Made by a program: the position numbers and the translations under genes. From a virus (taxonomy: Duplodnaviria > Caudoviricetes), in the IMG/VR virus record IMGVR_UViG_3300032047_000127, positions 1-24,238 of that record: DNA of 24,238 nt; one strand, written 5' to 3'. This document shows, in pieces, positions 24,037 through 24,238 of the stretch. Each line of letters begins with the position of its first letter. Within the stretch, counting starts at the first letter, position 1. Below the pieces are notes generated by a model. That model had not been told where the DNA came from. It ran no database searches and saw nothing but the letters and a program-made list of their open reading frames with translations.

Positions 24037-24238
24037 ATGTTTTATATAGTAGAAGAAGAAAATAAGTTAAATCATTTAGAAAGTTTAGTAAAATTAGGTT
24101 GTTATGTACAAATAATACCTTCTGATTATAACTTTCATCCTAAACTTACAACCACTACCGCAGTATATATTAGACTATTAAATAGTTACCATGGCTTTAT
24201 TATTCCAATAAATCATGATGAAGGAGTAGACGTAGATG
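24037..24238 (+). CDS. 5' part of a gene running off the window, possibly a family A DNA polymerase-like protein
   Basis: Open frame MFYIVEEENKLNHLESLVKLGCYVQIIPSDYNFHPKLTTTTAVYIRLLNSYHGFIIPINHDEGVDVD to the window end; absent from the supplied ORF track. The product guess rests on recalled N-terminal similarity (HP...YIR...G.I.PI.H.E); no catalytic motif is visible. Confidence 0.5.
   Translation, partial: MFYIVEEENKLNHLESLVKLGCYVQIIPSDYNFHPKLTTTTAVYIRLLNSYHGFIIPINHDEGVDVD

Noticed and set aside
24021-24050. ATG 24021 mini-ORF (MKGYINVLY)
   Set aside because: Nine codons, overlapping the promoter motif and out of frame with the long ORF from 24037.
1-24238. tRNA, rRNA, CRISPR array, intron/intein or IS element
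   Set aside because: Intergenic gaps are at most about 150 nt, with no cloverleaf or repeat-spacer pattern. I saw no transposase, homing endonuclease or intein motifs.

Overview
This 24.2-kb AT-rich window is the tail morphogenesis region of a large contractile-tailed (myovirus-type) phage. All credible genes are on the + strand. In order: the end of a LamG-like gene, a small conserved ORF, a LamG/ConA-like lectin protein, a 3017-aa modular tail fibre, a collagen-repeat protein, two small fibre-associated ORFs, tail sheath, tail tube, a tail-assembly/baseplate-hub chaperone with an overlapping ORF, tape measure, a 62-aa ORF, a tube-initiator-like protein, a LysM-like baseplate protein, a 1027-aa hub-like protein with a C-terminal M15-like Zn peptidase, a 326-aa repeat protein, and the start of a possible family A DNA polymerase-like gene. 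Missing Shine-Dalgarno sites and the promoter geometry suggest a Bacteroidota host (inference). Most notable observations: (1) a candidate +1/-2 programmed frameshift at a T7 run joining the chaperone to its overlapping ORF; (2) two promoter classes, TATTTATA before structural genes and GTTG-N16-TTCKTATATT before three apparently non-structural genes; (3) a tandem promoter with alternative RNA pairings upstream of the sheath; (4) a GGA-loop hairpin just before the giant fibre start codon; (5) the repeat architecture of the fibre. All product calls come from motif recognition and gene order; no database searches were run.
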